Source: Antedon mediterranea (taxonomy: Eukaryota > Animalia > Echinodermata). From it: DNA of 64,000 nt. This document shows, one piece after another, positions 27,701 through 39,700 of this stretch (positions are counted from its first letter, which is position 1; the number at the start of each line of letters is the position of its first letter). The position numbers and the translations under genes were made by a program. The stretch covers positions 5,084,001-5,148,000 of the forward strand of contig NC_092673.1 of assembly GCF_964355755.1 (NCBI RefSeq), in the 5' to 3' direction. The notes under the pieces are model-generated. The model saw nothing but the letters and a program-made list of their open reading frames with translations, made no database searches and had not been told where the DNA came from.

Positions 27701-30700
27701 TGCTTAAAGCACTTGTGCTTATTTTGTATCCCATTCCATTATCTTATTATTTGTATTGTATTTGTATATGTTTTTATTTTGATTATGGAATAAAAATGTC
27801 GATGAATTGAATTGACCTATTTTGTGCTAGACAGATGGCAATAAACAATGGATACCGATTTCAAATAAGAACCGAAATGTATTTATTATACGTTTTTGTA
27901 TTGTTTTGGGCTTAAACCATAAAAGAAAATACAGTTTATCATTGCCGATAAAGAGGCTTAGCATTTATTAGGCCTAGCTAGCTAGCTAAGCAAACTCAAT
28001 TCAAGAAGGCTCATCGCGTGGGCCGCGATCGCGACAGGGCAGGGTCCACTAGGCCTAGCCATAGCGCGGCTAGTGAGCGAACCTAGGCCTAGGCCTAGCA
28101 TTTTTTTGGCAAAGTCGAAGTTCGCGTAACTCGAATTTTTATACCGGTCCTATTAGATTCGACTTAGGCGTTTCAACAATATCTACACTTTGTTTGGTTA
28201 AGAAAATGTCCCTTTAATGGCAGTCATACTGTATTGGATGCTGATGTTACCAACGGTTTATTACAAACACTGCTTCAATGTTTGACGAGCTAGATTGACA
28301 ATTGACAACAACATGGATGGTAAACATCAAAAAGGATACAGAACTTTTCACATGCGAACCTATACACATGCTTGCTCAAAAACGTACAGAGTGGCGAACA
28401 CAAGTGAGACGCCCAATGTCTAACAACGATTAGCGTTTAAGATGATGATGAGATTGACAATTAAAAGTGTGCATCACCAACAAGCTAAATCTTTGTAATC
28501 TACCATACCTTGTTTAAGACTTCATTTGTGGTGGGATCTGCAACTTCAATATAATTCCATCCATCGTCATGCGACATCAGTTTTATATGCAAAAGCTTTT
28601 CACCTTGCCCAAGAACATCTTTAACTCTCTCAATAGCTCCCTCAGACCATGCACTGCCTTGGTCTGGACGGGTTCCTTAAATAGAAAAAAACAGAAAAAG
28701 TTTATACTCTAAAATTCATTTACCCGATTCAATAAAATGATGTGAAATAGAAAAGAAAGAAATAATGATGGTGGTACATTGGAGCGTTTCCACATGAGGG
28801 CGTGGTTTTGGAATAGTCCATTATTGTTCAGAGGTGTTCTAGAAACTTGTTAGTTTCGTATCCAAGCCCTCCCTGAGGACAGCATGGGCAATTGTCGGTT
28901 TATCCAGGTAAGCTAGGCACGAAATAGACAATGTGTAATACGTATGATGCATATCGCTCTTGCCACTGAACTTCTACTTATGTTAGTAGCTCTCGTGTTA
29001 ACTTTCGCTGACCAACTCTATAGAACTTAAAAACTAGTTGTCTAGTATCTGGAAATTAGTCAAACTTATTGATAGCATATTGGGGAGAATTCAACTATAG
29101 TTATTCAATATTATATTTTTGGGAAAAAAACTAAGATTAATCATATTTTTTTGCAACAGCATGTCAACAATTAGCTGGTTTTAATACACAATTTTAAAAT
29201 TATTACTGCAATGCTGAAAGTTTTATCACATAATAGATAGAAACAGATAAATAATACAGTGTCAAAAATATTGGTAAAAAAAACCTACCAGCTAAGCAAC
29301 ACTTTATAGCTAAGCATGGTGTAGTTGAAAATTCCTTGTCGAGTGGGTGAACGCTGTCAAACGCAACCTTCGCTTTGTTGCCATAATCTACATACTGGAC
29401 AGAGGCACACTGATTGTCGACGTTAACATCCAAAACAAGAGCTCTGTACCAACTCTGGTCCTCTTTTAAGAGAATGAATGAAAAGCAGTCAATTTCAAAT
29501 TACACTCATTGCATATTTCTGTGACCATTAACTTTATGTTAAAATCAATAGTTTAATCTTCTGGTAATTATCAATGAATGGTACATAGCAGTGTGTAATT
29601 TTGTAAAAGCTTGGAAGAGAAAGAGGCCTGATTTGGATGATTCGTTGAATCATCCAAATCAATCATTCAATCATGGTAAACCTGCTAGAATTCAGTGTGT
29701 GACACAATAAACAAATACATGTGTGGATAAACAATATTTGAATAATAATAATAAACATTTTTAAAGCTCTGTTTACCGATGTCTCAAAGACCATAAAAAA
29801 TTATGAAACGGATGAGATTGACTTGAATTGCTTGATAATAGATTGACACGGACAGATATGGAGTGGAGCTGGTTCCAAACCAATGGTGCTTCAGTTATAA
29901 AAAAGCTTCAAGGTGTGTTTTTGGAATAACAGCCTCATCCAGAATAAAGACCTTTATTTGTATCAGGTAATAGTATACATGTTGTTATAAGAAGTTGGGC
30001 AATTAATATCATACATACCTGCAAATATACTGCAGCACATCTCGCCCTTCCTTGGAACGTAGTCGTAATTCTTTCCCTTGTTGGCGTATCTTATGTTTAG
30101 GCTTTCCATAAGGTTCTTAAGTGCAAGAATATCTGAAATTAGAACAAATAATAAATTTAAATAAATCAAATTAGGATACAACAATAAAGGTCGATAAAAA
30201 TACATATATGTATTGTTCCATCTTTATGCTTCAAACTCATCGCCTTGTTCTTTGGATGAGATGTAAAGCCGTTGGTCGTGTGAAAATAAATATTAAATAA
30301 CTTGGCATGCAATTAGGGGGATCGCCTCCTGGTGTGGTGATCGTGACACTATGGCTGCTGTAGGCCTGTACAGGCCTAATCTGCATAAATTCTTTTTGGT
30401 TACATGACGAAACTTAAGAAAGTTTAGTGAATACACATGTATATTGACTGCATGCCAAAATATCAAAATGAGCCTCACCACTTATAGGATTGGAACATTG
30501 AACATTTTGCGTTTCTTTTTTATCCCGAATAATGCGATGTTTGTCGTTGATGTTCTTAAGGAGTCGCAAACTGCCAACTCTAGAAAGATGAAGACCACGT
30601 CTGTCCAGAGTGGAACGATCCACGGTGCCATCATTTAACAGAAAATTGACATCGTTGTTAATCTGTATACAACCGCTTTGCACCGACAATTCCCGGAGTT

Positions 30701-33700
30701 TATAGTTTAACTTATTGACATGCGCTTGAAAGGATCCATCATCAAACCGAGGACATACGGTTGAGAACGCAATGGTCAAATCCGGCGCCCTCCTCTTTAG
30801 ATCGTCGAAAATCTCATCATAGACACCCTCTGCAAATTTCTCATCAGCTTCTGTCGTGCAATCGTTCGTACTGCCGTGAATTATTACTGTACTAAATTCA
30901 TGTACAGGCGCTTCATCTAAATGATGTTTAATGTCGATTACTCTTCTCCCTCGAAGACACACAACTTTTGTATTTTCTAGAATATCTTCGTCAAAGTCTC
31001 TTACTATCGAGTCGCTGATGATAAGTGTTTTGGGCTCGGACCTAGCATCTAGTGGATCATTAGTTACATACTTTGTAGACTCGACTGTTGTAGGAACATC
31101 TAATAGAAAAATGATTCTATAATGCAATATCGAACGTTGAAGGCAAATAAATCATATGTTATTTTTATTGGCCTATGTCCTCCCTGAACTAAATGATTCT
31201 CTATTTCTTTTTCTTCTTGTCTTGTACGTATCCATGTTGATTTTTGTCAAAAATAAATGTTGAATTGAGAAACAATAACTAATAATGATGATGTCGATGA
31301 GATGAGTAAAGACACAGATAACAATAGACAATTAAATAAAGACAAATGGATAACTCTTGAAATTATAATTAAAAAGATGAAGGTTGAGGATTAAGATACA
31401 GGATTAGGAACAATATGATGAATATATGAAAATTTACGAGGATTAAGGATTAAGACATGGATTAATTACTTACCACCTTCCACCCTTGTACAGTAGAACT
31501 CAGATGGACTGACGACATACATAACAGTTGCTTTCGTTTCGCATTGTAACTCCAACTCTCTGAATACAACTGTTGGAACGTTTTTATCGACTTCTGAAAA
31601 TAATCAAATGATAGTACAAACATAAATATAGAAATTATTATTATTACATTATTTATAAAGAGATTAGAATTTTAAATGGTCTTATTATGTCTAAGTAACT
31701 GAAAAATGAAGAAAAAAAAATGTTTTAAATGGTAATATGTAATATATCTTCAAACACTTGGTTCAGGTATTTTTATGATGGCACAATTTTTGTTACAAGG
31801 TACTCTGGTTGGCAGGCAAAGTTAAATAAGCCCACTGTTAGGGATTATAATATTTATAAACTAGCCCAAGATTGTTAAGTGATTATTTCCACAAGCCCAC
31901 AAGAGACATTTCAGGTAGCCTCTAGTAATTTGTACCAATACACACCAGGGCTACTGCTACCCCAATCACAAATTAGCACTACAGTACATGTTCCTCATTT
32001 TAAACACCTAACGTTCTGTCTACACCATCAAACTAGTTGGACAAAAAAAAGTGTGATGTGCCCAAATATGGTAGTGATATGACATTATCATGTCCATATA
32101 TGAGCACATCACATAAAGTTTGATAGTGTAAACAGAGCCTTAGGCATTTAATCAACTCCTGCTTAAATTCATAAATGCATAATATTTCACTCACGCTTTG
32201 GCGATTGTACTGGAACGATGTAGTCTGCATTTATTGGTCGGTTGGAACCTTTTTTGTCAAATATCTCAACAAGACTGACTCCTTTTGGCGTGATACCAAC
32301 TCTTTTCACTCCAACAACTTTGTTCACAAACTACAATACAGTAAATGAAAATTAAAATTTGAAACATGAAAACATAATCCATGACCCCACTCTAATCATA
32401 TATTCTACATATGGGATAAATGAAATCTGTTTGTGTTTACAAACTAACGCTCTGTCTACATTACCAAACTTTATGTGACAACACAATGTGATGTGCCCAA
32501 ATATGGTAGTGATTTGCTCAAATATGGTAGTGATTTGCCCAAATATGGTATTGATATATCATCATCCCATATAGGCACATCACATTTTTTTGTCACGTCA
32601 AGTTTGATAGTTTAGACAGAGTTAATAGATAAACCATGAACATAAAACAATGTGATGGGGTATAATTTTGTTTCGGATTGCTTGATTCTGATTGGTCAGA
32701 AGTTTATTACTGTATCTGTATAGAAGGTTACCCAGATCATTATATGTTATTACTTCTTCCATGGTTAAACATACAATTATTCGTATTGTTCTGTTACTTT
32801 TCGGATTGAAGACATGATTCAAAATATTATACAAACCTTTTCCGCAAATTCTTGTGACTGTTTATCTTTTGGATTATCAGTGATTGGAGCACCATGCAAG
32901 GCACAGTGGATGGCTACAACTGGAATTTTGGAATATGGCTCTTTGATTCGGCGAACATCTTCTTTCTTGACTGGATCAATGTTTCCGTAGTCAATAAATT
33001 TAACATTCAGTTTGTTAGTACCGATACTCAAAACTTCTGCTCTGTACCAGTAGTCATCACTGAACTTCGCGATGCACAATTCTCCAACGACTGGCAAATG
33101 CACTTCTTTTATATTGCTGTAATCTTCGGACATTGGGTCACTAATTTGTTGGATGGCACGGACGGAGGTTGGTTGATTGACCTGAACATAAAAGCTACTA
33201 GGTCCATTTGCAACGTAGATCATCGCAGTTTCTATTTTCCCCTCTTTCAATGACATCATTTCACATTTTTCTGCCATTACCGGGCTAGGAGGTATATTCT
33301 GATTGTTGAACTTTTGAAAGTTGCTTGGCTGATGTTGATAACCATTGTAAGTAGAGGTCTTGCCATCATTTCTGTAAGAATTTTTACCTCTCTGTTCTTG
33401 ATTGCCATAGTTTTCTGGTGATTTCACATCACCATTCATGGGAGATCTATTATTATAGGTACTCCTTTGTCGATACGAATCTTGGTTACTGCTGGATGGA
33501 CTTCTTTCTTGAGGTGTAGTATTACTGTATCCTTGCCGCATGACTGGACTACTTTTTTCTTGAAACTTTGTCGGACTGTCTTGAGAAGGTGTGGGCAACA
33601 ACGGCGATTTACTTTCTGTTTTTGTGTTGTCACCGGTCAATAGCTCAATCATTAATATGCCATTCACTTTTCCAGAAACTTGTATTTTGATCCTGGTTTC

Positions 33701-36700
33701 TTCCAAATCCTTTACTGACTTCATAACATCTTTTCCCCTAGAGTTGGCCAAGCTACAGGTCACCAACTGCTCGTCTAGTTTCAGAAGGTATTTTGAAAGT
33801 GGATGGCAGTCTGTTACAGATATTACCTCTTGGTTCCCATAGTCAACATATAACACTTTAACCTTTGACCCATTAACTGCCAAAATACGCCCACGATACC
33901 AATAATTATCGACAAACTTTGTAGCACAAATTTCTCCCACCTGTGGACTATAGAAATGTATATAAAGTAATACAGATTTATTAAAAAATAGATATATTTA
34001 TATATATAATTGGCATGTTGACACTTAAATGAAGTAAAGTTTTTGGTACACTAGTGTTTCCTGTGAAATTAATGTAATGTTAAGTTGATAATGTATCAAC
34101 GTTTCGCTTTCTAGGCCTAGATGATACCCATGTAAAGTGATACATATGTCCTTTATTATCCATATAAAATAAACCAATTCTATTTTACCTATTCCTATCC
34201 AAACAAGTGATCTTAAATTAAATTTACAATTGTTAACCATATCTAAATAAACATCAACGGAAACAATTCATTGGTGTTTTTTTCCTTGCTTTTAAATGTA
34301 TTCAATCGCAACCTCACAACTGTAGCAGACTCGGCTAAAGAATGGACAAATACCTGTAGGTCTGGTTAGATGGAAGGATTGAGTATCGATTCATCAGGGC
34401 GTCTTGAAGTTCCATTAACGCCAACCCATTCTCCGACAAAGTAGCAAATATGGCAGAGACACTTTCTACAGATGTAACCACCACATCAAGTTTGTCACCA
34501 GTAGAAATCTTTTCCATGACACTGGGCAGAACTGTATGTCTTGATTGCTTCGGTTGTGCAAATTTCGCATCTATTAGCTTTTTCTCAACACAAATCTCTG
34601 GTAAACACAAAAAACAGAATGCGTTGCCATGATTTAATTTCAATGATTAAACACAATTTAATTTATTAAATAAATGAGGGATAATGTATATAACACTACA
34701 GCCCCTTAATGTGCACACGAGCAATATGTATACACTGGACCTACGGTTTATAGTCTATATCCGAGAAGACTTGTTCTGTCACCAGAACCATGGAGCGAGT
34801 GAGCCTCGAACCCTTGCCGATGTTATGGCTATGGATTACGGTTCCACTGTCTTAACCGCTAGGCCACTCACTCGCACATGTAACACATATACCTACACAT
34901 AAGTAAATTGGATTTCCTCACTCTTTTTGTTTTTTTCATCAACCCCTTGAAAATTATACATTACCTTCTTTTCCTTGTGTCATAGTAATAGTTGCTGGGT
35001 AAATGCCATTTTCGATTTTCTTCAGGTTTACTTTACATTGTTTGTTGACCAGCATACTGACCAGGTAATCACAGGCTTCAGTTGACCACTTCCCATCGAT
35101 AGGTTCGATATCTACAAGCTTACACGGACTGGCCTAAATTAAGAAAAGAAGAACCGTTAACTTTACGTTTTTTATTGACCCAACACAATGTTCTCCCCAG
35201 GATTAAGATAAAGTACCGACATAATTCACCGGAGGTGGAATTACACCACTCAATGACTTTTCTTAATTTTTTCAAAGCTCAACAACTTAGTCTGCCTATG
35301 AAAGTCTATCTACAAGCTCCTACATATAGTATAGGGCCAGGCCTAGAAATCGGCCAGAAACCTTTATTTACCTGTACAACTTTTAGTGGATATATGCGCT
35401 ATATAAATTGTTATATTATATTATATTAATGGTGAATGCAATATTGATGAAAGGATATTAAGAATTTGACGTTAAAATCACAATTATTATTATTAGATAG
35501 TGAACCAGCTCTGTTTTCCAATGAACACTATAAAACAGCATACATATGAATAACATACCAAAATTGGTGTCTTGCTAAATTGTTGAGTCAAGTGACGTAG
35601 GTCCTTAGGATGAATGTCCCTAATGTCACCATAGTCAATTAAGCGTACAGACACAATGTTGTCCTCTTTAATCTCCAGGATTGTACCTCTATACCATTCC
35701 TCATCTGTTGTAGCTGCACACAGCGTACCGACCTAGAGATAATAATAACATTAACATGAGTTGTCAAGTGTGTTTATGGCGAGACCAACATTTTGTGGGT
35801 TGGCCTGGACATTTTTTTGAAAATTCAATCTTAACTTTATGTGTTATGGATGACCCTTTTTTCACCTTGCCCTAAAATTCAATTTCATATTCAGAAATAA
35901 CCTTTGACCACTAGCAAAGTATCATAAGTTGTTTAAAATTCAGGAAAACACATGCTTTGGGACACCCCCATTAAGGGCCAACATGTTCTAACACTAACAC
36001 CAATCCAATAGCCCTACTTACAGGACATTTTATAGAGGCTCTACTCTATGAGCATGAATAATCCATATTTACCTTAGGTTTATAGGGAGAGCTGTTATCC
36101 ATGGCATTGTATATATCAGTCATTGAGCATATCAATGAAAAATATTCTTTGCTTTTTGTCTGCATCAACTGAATCCAAATTTCATCAGGACTAACAAGAT
36201 GTATTGCAAGTGCCTGTGAAGTGAAAAAAACAAGTTAAAGTGCCAAGTCAAGTCAAGTCTCATCATTTGTTTTAAGAAAAAACATAGACATTCTGTTTGC
36301 TCTGTTGGCGGAGCACAATATCCAACGGACACAACACGAACTCAAAAACAAAAACATTACAAAAAAAATGTCTACATTATGTTTAAGGCTCTAATAGCTC
36401 CTGGAAAGAAACTATTTGTAAATCGTGCCTTATTGGCCTTAATACTGGGTTAGCACTAACATTTCATTTTGTTTAGCCATTTGGCGAAAGTCAAAATATT
36501 TTTTTTAGTCAAATCAGTTTATCTATAGCCAAAATGGCTAAAGTCAAATTTTTTTATTTAGCCAAATGAATCAGTTTTTAGCCAAAAATTTAAAATTGTT
36601 GAAATATAATGGTAAAAACATTTTAGTCAATTTATCTATGTCAACATGTCTATACTGTTCCCTTAACATTTTTGTAAGGCATTGAGATGGAGAACCATGC

Positions 36701-39700
36701 CTAAATCACTGTATGTATGATTAAAAAAAAATGTTTGTATTTGTTTTATATGATCAAAACAATTGTTCAAATTGTTTTTAATCATACAGCATTCATACAG
36801 TTATCAATTTAATGAGAAACATTTTACAGTTTTCCGAAATCCCCTGAACGCTGTTACTTTTGTTTTTTTACGCTTGGCTGGTCATGTTTGTGTGATGGCT
36901 TCTATCGCGTACCAGGCGAAAATCATGTCCTAGACTTCACGGTCACTCAGCGTCACCGCCGCGCAGCAGGTTAATGTTTTTAAATTGGGTATGCTCAAGA
37001 GGTGCGAAAGTGCAGTACCGCCGGCCTAGGCCTACAAATTATGTACGACGGTATGTCGTATGCTAAAAATATTGAGGAAAATTCCCTCGTATCGTTGTTG
37101 AACCTAAGATAATATAGGCCAAAGCACAGAGTACACGTCTTTCCATCCCTCAAAGCTGCGTCAAAGCGTTTCTGTCAGGGCGAGAAATTTACACCGTCCC
37201 GATTATTTATTTACACAACAACACAGAAGCCGACGGCCGGCCCCGCTCAGCTGTAAAAATGCACGTGTGTGTTTAGCTAAATCCCTGTTAGACTCTACCA
37301 TTTCCCGCATGTTGTTTTGTTTCCTCTACTGACGCACGATGGAAGTTTATTACAGGTAAAATATGAAACTACATTAAATTGGAAGAGTCTAAAATGCATA
37401 ACGCATAAATTGTTGATTTCGATAAGATTAAGACGTCATTCATCGAAGATACTATGTTTCTTTTTAATCAGAAAAGTACACCCCTATCGAAAAACAGACA
37501 ATCCCGGTAATTAGCCGACCGTCGGCTATCGTAGTCGTTTGTGCAGCGCACAACACGTGATAGTTTGGGTAGACTTCACATCCATGTGTCGTGTAACGTC
37601 TGTCTCTCTATGCAGTCTACCTCTGCTATCTTTATCATAAGCCCCTTTCTCACAGATGTGTCTGCAATATACCGGTACAATGCTGGCGTCGTGCCGGTAT
37701 CGTTACCGGCATATACCCATTCTCATCGGACTATCGTGCCGGAAATATAACCGGTATATACCGGCTTTCTGTGAGAAAGGAGTCGGGCATATTCGGCCGA
37801 TAAAAAGTCTCTGACAAAATAATTATTGAGGGCGTCCTTTATTGTTATTATTTTTGTCTAGGGATATATGGCGGCGAATGTTAGGTTACAGATTATTATC
37901 TTCCTTTATAGCATATTTATGCAATACATGCTATGTACAGTATATTGTGCATATATTATACAGGTACAGCAATTAATTAGCCGTCATCGGCAATCTGTAA
38001 AACACCTTAGAAGGCTGTACAATTTACAAGGCGACGAAGGGTCAGGCTAGTTAGGCACCAACAAAGAGCTAGGCCTAGCCCTAGGCATATATGGCCTAGA
38101 GGCCTGCTATAGATTATGCTACAAATTTCTTCTTGTCCCCTTATTTTAAGCAGCTCTCTTATCTCATTATCCCTCCAGTTCGACATTATTATTGTTAATT
38201 GAATTGGCGCCAAAGTGATACACTTGACCGCGCAAGGTGTCTGAAGCCTCGACAGGGAACCCCGGAATATAACGGCGTTACGTTCTCACAGAATGCCCGT
38301 CTGGCATTGCGGGGAATATCCCTAGAATATTACTAGGTCTAAAGCAGGTCATGTCGATGCCGGCATGGTGCCGGCATGATGCCAAGACGACCCGTTCTCA
38401 CAGAAAACCATACCGGCATGGTAATGGTATATTCCCGCAATATTCCAGGCACTCAGCTCTGTGAGAAAGGGGCTATATTGAAATAACAAAGAGACGCCGG
38501 GTACAACGAAACAAGTTGACGAAAAATGGAGCTTGAAATAAACAACATGATAACGAACAAAATAAATCCTTGGAGATCAACAAATGGACCTTTTAGTTGG
38601 ACTTTATGCTTTCGCCAAAATGATTATTTGATTATCTATTTTATCATATGACATCGCCAAAATGGCTAAAGTAGCCGTTTTATTTTTCGCCAATCTGGAA
38701 ACGTTTTCGCCCATGGCGACTTGGCGATAGGCCAGTGCGAGCCCAGTAATAGAACGAAATCGCCGACCGCTGCGCTTCAACTGGAACATACTAGAGGCCG
38801 GATGAAATTGATCCTCTTTGATAGCCACTGCCTTTTTCAGAAGAAGATCCGAAAATATGTTCTCCAAAGGCAATTGAGCAGATCCAATTATAGGCTATGC
38901 AGTCTTGACTATTCTATTTAGCGTTAAAGAATACGTTATGACACTCTCTATAACTGACCTATAGAAGGACGACATTATTTCAGAGTTTATACCAAATGAT
39001 CCAAGTGACACAATGAAACATTTATTGAAATATATCTTATTTAATGCTTAAGCTCTGTCTACACTATCAAACCAGTTTGAAAAAAAAAATGTGATGCACA
39101 CAAATATGGTAGTGATATGATCACTATGTCCATATATGGTCACATCTCATTTTTTGTCACATAAAGTTTGATAGTGTAGACAGAGCTTTAGTTTATATCA
39201 TCTTTTCATATTAGCTAGGCAAACCGAATATTGTTTTCAGCTTAACTAATAAATTTGAATCAATTTATAAAAAAAAAAAATATATATATATACCGTATAT
39301 GACCTAGTCTTGAGGAGTTGGAAGGGAGCGAAGTATCAAGTTTGAGGAAAATTGGTAAATGGGATTATACTCAATATTGCATGAACCAAAGTCTTGTCTT
39401 GAAATTAGCCTGAATTAGGGGTTGGGCTTATACTTGAGAAGTGATTATACTCAGTTGTATACGGTGCATTAATCCTTGTACAAGATTATATACAATAACT
39501 ATTCAAATTAATTATTACCTGTAATTCTTGTTTTTCTGGTTGAAAATAATCCAGATCCTTCAGATAGATATAACTATCTTTTTTGGCAAAACCTCCAAAC
39601 GCCTCTAGTCTGTTATTAAAATTAAAACTTTCATTAAATACAGCAGCAACAAATTATCACTTTCTTTTCATAATCATACTGGCATAGATATTCATAATAC

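Larger units (their letters stand above)
25368..28180. mobile_element. Tc1/mariner(pogo)-like MITE interrupted by a LINE
   Basis: Left end ta-ctgtcgactccgcctaagtcgaat, right end attcgacttaggcgtttcaac; TAAGTCGAA subterminal repeats on both sides of the LINE. Confidence 0.6.
36244..38995 (-). mobile_element. 3' remnant of Rex1/Babar-like LINE, split by a 2.3-kb DNA transposon
   Basis: FYRSVIESVITY...FHPASSMFQLKRSGRRFRSI (38995-38747) resumes as KANKARFTNS... below 36444; (CTTGA)n tail at ~36244-36258. Confidence 0.65.
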
